This document shows positions 1-9,866 of a stretch of 52,469 nucleotides of DNA, piece by piece; position 1 is the first letter of the stretch; the number at the start of each line of letters is the position of its first letter. The translations under genes were made by a program, and so were the position numbers. Source of the DNA: a virus (taxonomy: Duplodnaviria > Caudoviricetes). The notes beneath the pieces were generated by a model. That model saw only the letters and a program-made list of their open reading frames with translations, had not been told where the DNA came from and did no database searches. The DNA is taken from IMG/VR virus record IMGVR_UViG_3300032224_001181, positions 1 to 52,469 of that record. One strand, given 5' to 3'.

Positions 1-957
1 CATATCTTCTAGCTGTTGTGCGTAGTCTACAAATCGCTCGTTCAATTCTGCTTGTGTTATGTTGCCTTTGAGATGTTCTATGAATATGTAATTGGTGTAG
101 ACATAAAAATAGATACTGCTGGCGCTGATAGGCTCAAAGAAAATAGCACGATTGCCATTCTTAAGTATGCCACCTTCGTAGACTTTCCTAGCGTAGTAGC
201 TTTTAAATTCGTATTCTATTTGACCTTCAAGCCGGCCAACATTGTCAACATCTACATTGAATATACGACAGATGTCCTCATAGGCTTGTTCCACAGGCGT
301 AACTGTGTCATTAAACAAATAACCGTAGGTTCTGCGATGCTTCAAAGGAATGCCAAACATCCAACCATTTGCAGTAGCGCGATGTTCCGTGTACTGCCAA
401 TCTCCGGGTTTATATTCTGTGTGAATGATACCGTGATTCAACGGAAGGCTGGTTACAATATGATATCCAGAGTAGTCTTTAGGAAAGCCCCGCGTATCTA
501 CAACATGATCAAAATGATGGGCAACACCGTTTACAATAACATCTGCTCCGTTGCCTGTGCTGACAATATCGTCTACTAGGCCTTCCGTGGTTTTAAACTT
601 TAAAGGAAAGCGTTCAGCAAGTCTAGGAAACACAAAGTCTTTTAGTTTAAAGTTATTGATATGTATAGCAACGCCACCGTCAAGCAAGGGATTGAACCAA
701 TCGTCTGATCGCCAATCCATAAACTTGTTGCCAAACTTTAGAGTGCTGTCCATTGCATCTAGGTCGTCCATGAAGCTGAATCCACAGGCTTGTTCTAATA
801 CTGTAATTAACCCGCTATTAGTGCTTTCACCGATGCCTAGTATCTTTGTGTTAGGGTCGTATATGCTAACGATTTCAAATCCGTTAGGCACATTAGCACA
901 TAACTGTGCGGCTGAAATTACTCCGGCAGATCCTGCTCCAATGACAGCTATTTTCAT
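1..957 (-). CDS. Tryptophan-halogenase-family flavoprotein (3' end runs off the window; not in ORF track)
   Basis: Hand translation from ATG at 957 (ATGA overlap with iscU stop): MKIAVIGAGSAG (FAD Rossmann), LGIGEST, STLKFGNKF, GWMFGIPL, FFEPISA; open to position 1. Confidence 0.85.
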   Translation of the reverse strand, partial: MKIAVIGAGSAGVISAAQLCANVPNGFEIVSIYDPNTKILGIGESTNSGLITVLEQACGFSFMDDLDAMDSTLKFGNKFMDWRSDDWFNPLLDGGVAIHINNFKLKDFVFPRLAERFPLKFKTTEGLVDDIVSTGNGADVIVNGVAHHFDHVVDTRGFPKDYSGYHIVTSLPLNHGIIHTEYKPGDWQYTEHRATANGWMFGIPLKHRRTYGYLFNDTVTPVEQAYEDICRIFNVDVDNVGRLEGQIEYEFKSYYARKVYEGGILKNGNRAIFFEPISASSIYFYVYTNYIFIEHLKGNITQAELNERFVDYAQQLEDM

Positions 958-1334
958 TTGTGTTTTTCTTTGTAGTCTGCTATTGCGGCTTTGATAGCAT
1001 CTTCAGCAAGTATTGAACAATGTATCTTAACTGGCGGTAATGCTAATTCTTCGGCAATTTGGGAGTTTTTAAGGTTAGAAGCATCATTAATATGCATACC
1101 CTTAACCCACTCTGTAACCAGCGAGCTACTGGCGATTGCTGATCCGCAGCCATATGTCTTGAAACGAGCATCTCTAATAATACCATCTGAGTCTACCTTT
1201 ATTTGTAGCTTCATAACATCACCGCAGGCAGGAGCACCGACCATGCCTGTACCGACATCGGTGTCTTCTTTTGGAAAACTACCAACATTACGTGGATTTT
1301 CATAGTGATCGATTACTTTATCTGAGTATGCCAT
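954..1334 (-). CDS. iscU: Fe-S cluster scaffold protein IscU
   Basis: MAYSDKVIDHYENPRNVG, GAPACGD, YGCGSAIAS, LPPVKIHC: all three Cys and the HscA-binding LPPVK motif. Confidence 0.97.
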   Translation of the reverse strand: MAYSDKVIDHYENPRNVGSFPKEDTDVGTGMVGAPACGDVMKLQIKVDSDGIIRDARFKTYGCGSAIASSSLVTEWVKGMHINDASNLKNSQIAEELALPPVKIHCSILAEDAIKAAIADYKEKHK

Positions 1335-1352
1335 AGGTGTAAGTTTGCCTGC

Positions 1353-1373
1353 TAAATATGTTATAGATATTTA
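1353..1373. promoter_or_regulatory. Pair of opposed TAAATA late-promoter-like boxes (+1353-1358, -1368-1373)
   Basis: Divergent iscU/iscA junction; same pair found at all six divergent junctions; resembles T4 late TATAAATA. Confidence 0.6.
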
Positions 1374-1385
1374 TCGTTACATATT

Positions 1386-1712
1386 ATGATCATTTTAACA
1401 TCTGAAGCAGTCAAAAAAGTATCACAAACCCTGGCCAAAAGAGGCAAAGGAGTTGGTATTAGGATAGGTGTTAAAACTACAGGATGTAGTGGTCTAGCGT
1501 ATGTGCTTGAATATGTAGATGAATACAAGCCCGAAGTAGGTATCACTAATTATGCTCAACAAGACTTTGTGGTCTTGGTCGGTGCTAAAGACGAACCTTA
1601 CTTACATGGCTTAACGATGGATTGGGTACGCAACGGGTTGAACGAAGGATTTGATTTTATCAATCCAAACGAAAGAGATCGTTGCGGATGCGGAGAAAGT
1701 TTTAGGGTTTAA
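1386..1712 (+). CDS. iscA: A-type Fe-S carrier IscA/HesB
   Basis: GVKTTGCSGLAY and C-terminal CGCGESF motifs; GLNEGFDF.NPN. Confidence 0.95.
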   Translation: MIILTSEAVKKVSQTLAKRGKGVGIRIGVKTTGCSGLAYVLEYVDEYKPEVGITNYAQQDFVVLVGAKDEPYLHGLTMDWVRNGLNEGFDFINPNERDRCGCGESFRV

Positions 1713-1715
1713 AAT

Positions 1716-2624
1716 ATGGCAACCGGTAAGGTAATAGCACTTAATTATAACAATATTCAAGGAAAAATAGGAGCAGTCTTAGGGCCTCCCAGTCAATCTG
1801 TCCTTGACATAGGATACAACCTTGCTGTAAGTGGCGTAGCAGTTCAGCTGGGAAATCGAGTATATGGGCGTGATGTCAACTTGATGATCGCTGATTTAAG
1901 TACTGTTTACACACACCAAACTGGTTTAGAGCTAGGCCTGTCTACATTCAGTGAGGGACAGATCATTAGAACTGAAGACTTAACTCCGCTATCAACTAGA
2001 ACAGATACTGCTTATACTAATCGAAACATTGTAGGTGTGCAAAATCTTTCACAATTAAATTCCCACTCTTACAGCGATGGAACAACTTGGTCAGCCTATA
2101 GAATACACTCAGTTACACTAGACTGGGGAAGCAATGCTGAATTTCGTGGGTGGGCCAACTTAGGAGGATTTATCACAATTGGGGCGTCCTTTTCTGGAGG
2201 TAGTGGCACTTCGCAGACAAACTCATGGAGTCAATTATTGCAGTCTGTAGGAACCCTGGTATTTGGTAATCTTGCAGGAGTCCAAGAAAATCAATCACGT
2301 AGCGGAACTTTTCCAAACGGCGGACTTTACAACATTTTACAAAACGGTCAAGTTGGTGCTAATGCAAGTATCGCTTTTAAAATTCTTGCCACTGATGCAA
2401 ACTATACTGGCAATCAGTACAAGATAACCATTACACCAAATGGCGGAACTACTGCATTTAACTGCACAGGCTTTACTATTACTGCTACATTATCAGATCC
2501 GCATCTACCAAAAGGCGCCTCCCTAGAAGACTATATCGATGCAGGCTTTGCGTGGACTGTTAACACATACTATGCATTTGGCAAGACCCCCACTACGTCA
2601 AATATTACAGATAGCATATCATAA
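1716..2624 (+). CDS. Putative virion structural (fibre/baseplate-associated) protein, paralog 1
   Basis: G/T/S/N-rich beta-type composition; aligns by eye with 2634..3515 and with the C-terminus of 3524..7849. Confidence 0.6.
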   Translation: MATGKVIALNYNNIQGKIGAVLGPPSQSVLDIGYNLAVSGVAVQLGNRVYGRDVNLMIADLSTVYTHQTGLELGLSTFSEGQIIRTEDLTPLSTRTDTAYTNRNIVGVQNLSQLNSHSYSDGTTWSAYRIHSVTLDWGSNAEFRGWANLGGFITIGASFSGGSGTSQTNSWSQLLQSVGTLVFGNLAGVQENQSRSGTFPNGGLYNILQNGQVGANASIAFKILATDANYTGNQYKITITPNGGTTAFNCTGFTITATLSDPHLPKGASLEDYIDAGFAWTVNTYYAFGKTPTTSNITDSIS

Positions 2625-2633
2625 GGAACTAAT

Positions 2634-3515
2634 ATGGGACAAGTATACGCAACAGATTGGAATCCGTTACAGGGTACCATAGCCAACGTAATGGGAGCAC
2701 CTAATGGATTAAACTACGGATGGAACAAGGCGTCGAGCATACAAAGTGCTCAGGTTAATAGTTCCGTAAAAATCAATAGCACTCATTATAATAAATTAAA
2801 AAACGATATTGATTTTTGCTACACACATATCACAGGTTCAGCTTCGGCTCTTCCTACTAAAGCCACAGGCGATCGAGTATATCAAGTCGACTTGTCTAAT
2901 ATTTCGGCGGCGGTTACTTATATTAACACTTATAAAACAAGTGCAGCCAGTGGCCAACTTACACAGACCAATGTGTTCAGTGACACACAAGCATACACAT
3001 GGACCGCAACATTGGGTGCTACCTACACAATTCCATTTGGTAGCGTTAATAACTTCAATTCTTTCTGGAATGGTGGAGGAGCCATTTTCTTCAACGTGTC
3101 TAGATATGCTGGCTCGGCGACTCCGCAGAATCAAGGGTGGAGTAATCTATTAACTAATATGGGATTTATCTACATCACACCCACTACCAGTGGACAAACT
3201 GGCAACGCATGGGCAGGAAGTACTTTTGTAACCAGCGGCATTGGAGGATTTAGTACGATTCCTTCAACTTTTTTCAGACAATATGACCAAGATACAAATT
3301 ACACAGGCAACTATTTTAACCTTCAGGTCTACTTAGATGCGCTACCCGGGGCGGCTTCTTCATTGAGTCTTGTAATGCTGTTGGTTGATAATCATGTAGG
3401 AGTCGGAGGTGGCCCTGATGCTATTGACGGTAACATTGCATTGACTATAACTCAAAAATACCCATATAGCTTTGCAGCCTCTGCGGCTACGTCTAGCGCC
3501 GGTGTGCTGACCTAA
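2634..3515 (+). CDS. Putative virion structural protein, paralog 2
   Basis: DWNPLQGTIANVMGAP, FWNGGGAI, QGWSNLL, DTNYTGNY shared with the paralogs; AAGGA RBS. Confidence 0.6.
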   Translation: MGQVYATDWNPLQGTIANVMGAPNGLNYGWNKASSIQSAQVNSSVKINSTHYNKLKNDIDFCYTHITGSASALPTKATGDRVYQVDLSNISAAVTYINTYKTSAASGQLTQTNVFSDTQAYTWTATLGATYTIPFGSVNNFNSFWNGGGAIFFNVSRYAGSATPQNQGWSNLLTNMGFIYITPTTSGQTGNAWAGSTFVTSGIGGFSTIPSTFFRQYDQDTNYTGNYFNLQVYLDALPGAASSLSLVMLLVDNHVGVGGGPDAIDGNIALTITQKYPYSFAASAATSSAGVLT

Positions 3516-3523
3516 GGAATAAC

Positions 3524-6500
3524 ATGACTGAATTAATTGAATACATTGTAATCGTACACAGAATTGAAGACGCTGAATCTCTGCACGAAGAAATTATAAA
3601 TTCAGGAGGCAGTGAATGTGTTCCTGATCGAGCCATTGAATGTTGCTTGAACCCAACTGTCAGTCGCTGTACGCATTATATGATGACTGAGGCTGAAGCC
3701 GAGTTATTAAAACAAGATCCTAGGGTATGGGCAATAACTAGAACCATGAAGGATTTAGGAGTCGAAGCTGTACCTGCTGGCGGTTACACGCAAACTTCTA
3801 ATTTATGGAGTAGAGGATATATAACTGCTCAAGGCGATAATAACTGGGGTATCTTGAGAGCCTACGAAGGTGTTCAGCGATTCCAATGGGGTAGTGACAG
3901 TCCACAACAGCTATTTGATGTATCAGCTACTGTAAACATTCCATACAACGGTACCAACGTAGACGTAGTTATAGTAGACGGACATGCTGATCCGGCTCAC
4001 CCGGAATTTGCAGTGAATTCAGACGGAACTGGCGGAAGCCGCTATAACCAATTCAACTGGTTGAGTCTCAGCACTGGACTATGGGGTACAAGTAATGGAA
4101 ACTATATCTATACTCCTTACAAACAATCCCAAGGAGCAAGCGCGGCATTAGAAACCAATAACATGCACGGCTCACACGTTGCAGGAATCGCATGTGGTAA
4201 TACTAACGGTTGGGCAAGGGGCGCAAACATCTACAACATATATCCATATGGCAATGATAGCAATTCTTTTAACTTTACTACTAATCAGTTTATTAACGGA
4301 TACTTTTTTGAGTACATAAAATATTGGCACCAGAACAAGGCGGTTAACCCTGCAACTGGTACTAGAAATCCGACAATTATAAACAACAGTTGGGTCATTC
4401 AAAAAGTTATTGATATATCTACTATCAGTTCGGTTACCTACAGAGGAACTACTTACACAGCTCCGTCGGGCGGATTTAGTGTAGCTACCCTTAATGGTTA
4501 TGGTTTTCCAACTTATAATAATACCCAGGTTAGAATACTATATCGATATCCCGCATACGAATCACAATTACAAGACTGTATCAATGCAGGAATTATAGTA
4601 GTCAGTGCCGCTGGTAATTATTCTACAAAGATAGCTAGAGATGATCAATCTACAACTGATCCAGATTATAATAACAGTCTTGTAACTTCTGGAACAACAT
4701 ATTATTATAATAGAGGAACATTTACTACAGTTTCTAATGGTATTGTAGTTGGTGCTCTAAGTTCTTCCTACATTGATATCAAATCAGGATATTCTGAAAC
4801 AGGTCCTAGAATTGACGTATGGTCTCCTGGTTCTTATATTATGAGTTCGGTTTTTAACAATACCACCTACAGCGGTGCCGTAGCTGATGCTAGAAATAGC
4901 AACTATTATCAAGTTAAGATTAATGGTACATCAATGGCAAGTCCGCAGGTGACCGGACTGTTGGCATGTTTGTTAGAATTATTTCCAACTACTACTCAGG
5001 CAGATGCACAACAGTACTTAATCGACCACGGTAAAGAAGGAACCATGCAGGACGGCGGGTATAATGTAACTAATCCGTTATACGATACCGGACTACTTCA
5101 AGGTGCACCAAATAGAACACTGTACGCATACTTTCCTCCGGCGCCGACGGCAACAGTTGTCCTTCCTTCAACTACCATCAAAGCACAAGTGGTGGCAAAA
5201 TTTACTCCAGTAATCGGATCAGGCGGAGTGGGGCAATTGGTTTACACTATTAATCCTTCATTACCGCTAAGTCCTTTAGACGGAACTTCAACTTGTTGGA
5301 TCGAAGCCATAGTCGGAAGAACTGATGTAGCGTATTTTCATATAGTTTATACCAACGAGAATATCTTTAAAGTCGGAGACGGAATTTTTGGAGCAGGCAT
5401 AGCAGAGGGATCAGTTTTAGGATTTCCTACAGATTCGACTAGGGGAACATGGACTATATCACCGGGCCGCACTTCTAATTTAGGTAGTGCCCTTAGCCCT
5501 GTGTATTTTGACAGCGGTCTTCATTTAAATGCCAAGACTGGTGAAATTACAGGAAGAGTCGCAACTACCCAAGGACCAACTACATATACAGTCACAGTCT
5601 CTGGTGGAGGAGTATCAGCTACTGCACAGTTCTCCTTGACGATTTCTAATCCAGCATCATTTAACGTCTCACTCGATGTACCTTATGGCGCCGACGCTAT
5701 TCAAAAATGTGATATCTTTCAAGTAGAGGGAGTAACACCAAAAGGAGTTATAATTTGGGTTCATGGTGGTGGCTGGTCAGGTGGTGCCAAATCGAGCGCC
5801 GGTTTTTTAACAAGCCAGGCTGGATATTGGATCAACGATGATGACCAAATAAGACAGCTGACGCAGAAAGGCTATATCGTTGTTAACTGTAACTATCGTC
5901 TAGCTACTACTGACACCATCTACATCCCGTCACCAGGTAGTACGGCAAACTACCATCCTGCAGGAGCAGATGACGTTGAGACCATTATAAGATTCTGCAC
6001 AGTTACCGGTGCCGGGTCTAGTTATAGCACATTATGGAATACGATTTCAGCTAGGGCCAACACATATGGACTTATAATTTCTGGAGAAAGTGCAGGCGGA
6101 CATCTAGTAGCCTATGCTGGTATGAAATATATTTACGACTATGGACAAGGACCAATTACCGCTATCTGTCCAGTAGTTGGACCAATGGATCTAGACTACG
6201 TTACCTTAAACGATGCAACAGTTACTGAGACTGCAAAATTCATTGTCAATAGCTATGTAAACAGTACAGGCAACAGCGTCGCATTGCAAGCGGCTTCGCC
6301 TAGATACAAGTATGGATCACAAGCAAGCCCGGGTTTATGGCGTAGTGCTGTAAAAAATTCCAACGTGAAATTTATTTTTGTAAACAACATCAATGACACC
6401 TTGGTTCCTCCTGCGCTAACTGATAATTTTATCAATATATTATTGGCAGAGTTAGGAAATAACAGAGTTCAGTATATCAAACTAGACGAAGGTGGTGATT

Positions 6501-7849
6501 GGGCGGCAGCTAATATTGCTAACCCCAGTCATAATTTAACCAGTTCTATTTCAACTATTGCAGAAACTGCGGCACTTTTAGGCCTTAAAATAACCGCCAC
6601 AGTAGCAGTTCCTAACAAACAAGCCACTGCTGGAACATCAGTAGGCTCATTTATTCCTGTGTCATTTTCTGGTGGGGCTGGAGCTGTCACATACAGTATT
6701 AGCCCAAGTCTTCCAACAGGATTAAACTTTAATACTGCCAACGGTGCTATTACTGGAACCCCTACAGCTTCTTCCCAGACTACCACATATACCGTTACCG
6801 GAACAGATGCGTCACTTAATACATCGTCTGGAACTTTTACTTTATCAATTCAATCTGCTCCAGTGTCCGGCTCAACTAATGCAGTTAACCATAATGACTG
6901 GAATCTTTTGCAAGGCAAGGTAACAGCAGTTCTAGGAACTCCTGACGGTAGTACAGTTGATCTAGGGTGGAATCAAAGTTACACAAGTAGTATAGTAAAC
7001 ACCAACGATACGATAACTGGTATTGAGTATGATCAAATTGCACAAGATGTTGATAAATGTTATCAACAAATTGCCAATACACGATATCAACCTACATCTA
7101 GAGTACCTGTAACAACAAAATATTTGGTCACACAATCTGACTATAATGGATTGAGTGCGGCTGTTGACTACACCTATACAAATAGAAATACAGCATCTTC
7201 AAGTAGACTAACTCAAAGTTCATGGACTGCACACGGCGGCAATATTTCCTTTTCACAAGCACACGGATTCCGTTACCAAGTTGATTTTCCAAGTAATGCC
7301 GCATTTAGAAGTTTTTGGAATGCCGGCGGATATATAACATGGAATTTTAGTTTTGTGCCATCTATTCAAAATCCAATTAGTCAAGGCTGGGCTGATCTAA
7401 CTGGTGGTATGGGAAGTTTTAGGCTTACTAGAAATTCCTTTACTCAATTTAATCAAGGTATAGCTTATACTGCAACAATAGGACAAACTGGCGGAGTATA
7501 TGGCGGGAACATGCTGGTAAATCCAGATCCACTAACTCAAGTTATAACTCCGACAGCAAAAGTCTTCGAAGCAGATGCAAATTATACCAGCAGTTACTTT
7601 GTTATGTTTTTAGGATTAGACACTGCTGATTTATTACAAGCTAAATCTATTATAGTAGTTGCGGCAATCCAGAATATGTATGTCGGCGCAGGCGGTTCTA
7701 GTACCGTTTCGACTGGCAATCCTGGACTTAATCAAGTTGTGACTTATCCTTTCAATATTCAACCCACAGGTCAGACCCATGTGTATAATTACATAGACGG
7801 TACTGTTTACTATGCTCCGGGCTATCCAGGAATACAACCGTCATTCTAA
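3524..7849 (+). CDS. Multidomain protein: S8 subtilase - Ig (He_PIG-like) - alpha/beta-hydrolase esterase - Ig - virion-type domain
   Basis: S8 triad motifs VIVDG, HGSHVAG, GTSMASP plus AAGN; esterase HGGGW, GESAGG, NDTLVP, PSH; Ig repeat SLPTGLNFNTANGAITGTP; C-terminal ~320 aa paralogous to the two upstream genes. Confidence 0.85.
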   Translation: MTELIEYIVIVHRIEDAESLHEEIINSGGSECVPDRAIECCLNPTVSRCTHYMMTEAEAELLKQDPRVWAITRTMKDLGVEAVPAGGYTQTSNLWSRGYITAQGDNNWGILRAYEGVQRFQWGSDSPQQLFDVSATVNIPYNGTNVDVVIVDGHADPAHPEFAVNSDGTGGSRYNQFNWLSLSTGLWGTSNGNYIYTPYKQSQGASAALETNNMHGSHVAGIACGNTNGWARGANIYNIYPYGNDSNSFNFTTNQFINGYFFEYIKYWHQNKAVNPATGTRNPTIINNSWVIQKVIDISTISSVTYRGTTYTAPSGGFSVATLNGYGFPTYNNTQVRILYRYPAYESQLQDCINAGIIVVSAAGNYSTKIARDDQSTTDPDYNNSLVTSGTTYYYNRGTFTTVSNGIVVGALSSSYIDIKSGYSETGPRIDVWSPGSYIMSSVFNNTTYSGAVADARNSNYYQVKINGTSMASPQVTGLLACLLELFPTTTQADAQQYLIDHGKEGTMQDGGYNVTNPLYDTGLLQGAPNRTLYAYFPPAPTATVVLPSTTIKAQVVAKFTPVIGSGGVGQLVYTINPSLPLSPLDGTSTCWIEAIVGRTDVAYFHIVYTNENIFKVGDGIFGAGIAEGSVLGFPTDSTRGTWTISPGRTSNLGSALSPVYFDSGLHLNAKTGEITGRVATTQGPTTYTVTVSGGGVSATAQFSLTISNPASFNVSLDVPYGADAIQKCDIFQVEGVTPKGVIIWVHGGGWSGGAKSSAGFLTSQAGYWINDDDQIRQLTQKGYIVVNCNYRLATTDTIYIPSPGSTANYHPAGADDVETIIRFCTVTGAGSSYSTLWNTISARANTYGLIISGESAGGHLVAYAGMKYIYDYGQGPITAICPVVGPMDLDYVTLNDATVTETAKFIVNSYVNSTGNSVALQAASPRYKYGSQASPGLWRSAVKNSNVKFIFVNNINDTLVPPALTDNFINILLAELGNNRVQYIKLDEGGDWAAANIANPSHNLTSSISTIAETAALLGLKITATVAVPNKQATAGTSVGSFIPVSFSGGAGAVTYSISPSLPTGLNFNTANGAITGTPTASSQTTTYTVTGTDASLNTSSGTFTLSIQSAPVSGSTNAVNHNDWNLLQGKVTAVLGTPDGSTVDLGWNQSYTSSIVNTNDTITGIEYDQIAQDVDKCYQQIANTRYQPTSRVPVTTKYLVTQSDYNGLSAAVDYTYTNRNTASSSRLTQSSWTAHGGNISFSQAHGFRYQVDFPSNAAFRSFWNAGGYITWNFSFVPSIQNPISQGWADLTGGMGSFRLTRNSFTQFNQGIAYTATIGQTGGVYGGNMLVNPDPLTQVITPTAKVFEADANYTSSYFVMFLGLDTADLLQAKSIIVVAAIQNMYVGAGGSSTVSTGNPGLNQVVTYPFNIQPTGQTHVYNYIDGTVYYAPGYPGIQPSF

Positions 7850-7862
7850 TTAAAAGGTTGAA

Positions 7863-8204
7863 ATGGACGACAGATTAGTTAAGGCATTAGAACATGCTGA
7901 TTATAGACAAACTCTCGGAATTGAAAGACAACGATTAAAAGACAAAGCACATGCAGAACTTGTTATAGGTTACTGCGGTGGCATGTTTACCGTTGATCGA
8001 ACACTAATTGGTTTTATTAATTCTATTAAAGAATATGGATCTGCTGTTATCTTAGACGACAACGGCTATCCTGTTGAGATTGAAAACTTAGAGGATTTCC
8101 AAGCACGAGTAATTGGAACATACTTTGAAGTCACTAATAGATATCTAACAGACTATAACGAGATTAAACAAAAACGAACTGCGGCTAAACTGGTAGATCT
8201 ATGA
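7863..8204 (+). CDS. Hypothetical protein
   Basis: 113-aa ORF, AAGG RBS, ATGA-coupled to next gene. Confidence 0.75.
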   Translation: MDDRLVKALEHADYRQTLGIERQRLKDKAHAELVIGYCGGMFTVDRTLIGFINSIKEYGSAVILDDNGYPVEIENLEDFQARVIGTYFEVTNRYLTDYNEIKQKRTAAKLVDL

Positions 8205-9010
8205 ATCGTGGATGCTGTATCTTTGCCTTTGATGGCAACATTGACTACGGTCCACAAGCGGTTCTTGCGGCCGACCTAGTTAAAAAACATCTCAACATAC
8301 CAGTCAGTCTTATAACAGACTTTCTTACTTTAGAAAAAATTGATACCACTATCTTTGATAAAACTATTATCACAGAAGCAGGCAACAGCAATAACTCTCG
8401 AGTACTATGTGGGGAAAGTATTGCATTTAAAAATACCAACAGAAATAAAATCTACGATCTTACTCCTTACGATCGCACACTATTAATTGATAGCGATTTT
8501 TTAGTATTCAGCAATAGGCTAAAAGAATATCTAGATAGCGGCTACAATTTTATGATATGTGAAAATATGAAAGACCTATGCCCTAATAGAGGCGGAAGTA
8601 GCTTTTCATTCAGTCCACAAAGTCTTCACATGCTGTGGGCAACAAACATTATATTCGACAAGACTCCCGAAAACAAAATTCTTTTTGATCTAGTAGACCA
8701 TATTAGAGAAAATTGGACATGGTATGGTACGCTGTATCAATTTGACACTAGAAGATTCCGCAACGACTATGCGTTTACTGTTGCATGCCATATCATGGGA
8801 GGCTTTGGTACTGAAAAATATTATATAGCACTCCCTAGTCCAGTTTTGTTTAATGATAGAGATTCATTGGTAAAAATCACGAAGAACGGATTAACCTGGG
8901 TAGCAGGCGATCAAAACATATTAATCAAGACTGCTGGTCAAGACATTCACATGATGAACAAAATAGAGTTACTAGAAAACCTAGACTCATTGGGTACTTT
9001 ACATGATTGA
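8201..9010 (+). CDS. GT-A-fold glycosyltransferase-like protein
   Basis: TPYDRTLLIDSD (GT8-like DxD), RNDYAF; paralog of next gene. Confidence 0.6.
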   Translation: MNRGCCIFAFDGNIDYGPQAVLAADLVKKHLNIPVSLITDFLTLEKIDTTIFDKTIITEAGNSNNSRVLCGESIAFKNTNRNKIYDLTPYDRTLLIDSDFLVFSNRLKEYLDSGYNFMICENMKDLCPNRGGSSFSFSPQSLHMLWATNIIFDKTPENKILFDLVDHIRENWTWYGTLYQFDTRRFRNDYAFTVACHIMGGFGTEKYYIALPSPVLFNDRDSLVKITKNGLTWVAGDQNILIKTAGQDIHMMNKIELLENLDSLGTLHD

Positions 9011-9866
9011 AAAATTATTAGACAAGGGCTATTTTATGATAGCCAATAATGTTAAAGAAACAAACTATATTAGGTTAGCCTATATAACTGCGTTGACTAT
9101 AAAATTAACTCAACCAGAAGGTTATGGCAATGTAAGCATTGCTACAACTAATGTAAAAAATGCACAGTCTTTAAAACTGTCTTGGGTATTTGACAGTATC
9201 ATAGACTATGAAGGCCCAAAAGGGATGAATGCCAGGTCAAGGGCATATGAACACACTCCCTACAAAGAAACAGTATTCATTGATGGTGATTTTTTATTCC
9301 TTAATGATGTTAGTCACTGGTGGCCCCACATGCAAAAACATGACCTATGGTGTGCTACTCGGCCCATGACATTTAGAGGCGACACCATGACTAACAAGTA
9401 TTATCGAAGAGTGTTTACTGAAAACAATCTACCAGATTTCTACTCTGGTTGGTTGTACTTCAAACAAAGTAGGGAAACATCTAAATTTTGGGACATAATG
9501 CGAGCATTAACTGATTATCCAGAAACATGGAAGTCGCAATTAACTAACTGTAATTTTGAAAGTATACCTACCGACGAAGCATGTGCGTTAACTGCAAAGA
9601 TGTTAGACATGGTCGAAGATATGAGCGATCCTACCCTACCATTTCCTAGATTTACTCATATGAAATCTAGGTCGCAGGGGTTTGGCGAGTCTGCAGGTAA
9701 TTGGACAGACTATATTGCATTTCATTACAACAAAGATTTCAACGTAAAAATTGGACCGTATTATCAGCAGGATATTTTACACTATACACAAAAAGATCTA
9801 ATCAGTGAAAATCTAGTTAATCTATTAGAGGAGAAGGTATGGAACAAATACAAAGACATTATGTAA
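9003..9866 (+). CDS. GT-A-fold glycosyltransferase-like protein
   Basis: TPYKETVFIDGD, YSGWLYF, FTHMK, LHY motifs. Confidence 0.6.
   Translation: MIEKLLDKGYFMIANNVKETNYIRLAYITALTIKLTQPEGYGNVSIATTNVKNAQSLKLSWVFDSIIDYEGPKGMNARSRAYEHTPYKETVFIDGDFLFLNDVSHWWPHMQKHDLWCATRPMTFRGDTMTNKYYRRVFTENNLPDFYSGWLYFKQSRETSKFWDIMRALTDYPETWKSQLTNCNFESIPTDEACALTAKMLDMVEDMSDPTLPFPRFTHMKSRSQGFGESAGNWTDYIAFHYNKDFNVKIGPYYQQDILHYTQKDLISENLVNLLEEKVWNKYKDIM

Noticed and set aside
16-1305. + strand ORFs 16..579, 551..994, 991..1305
   Set aside because: Antisense shadows of the halogenase-like gene and iscU, which carry the recognisable motifs
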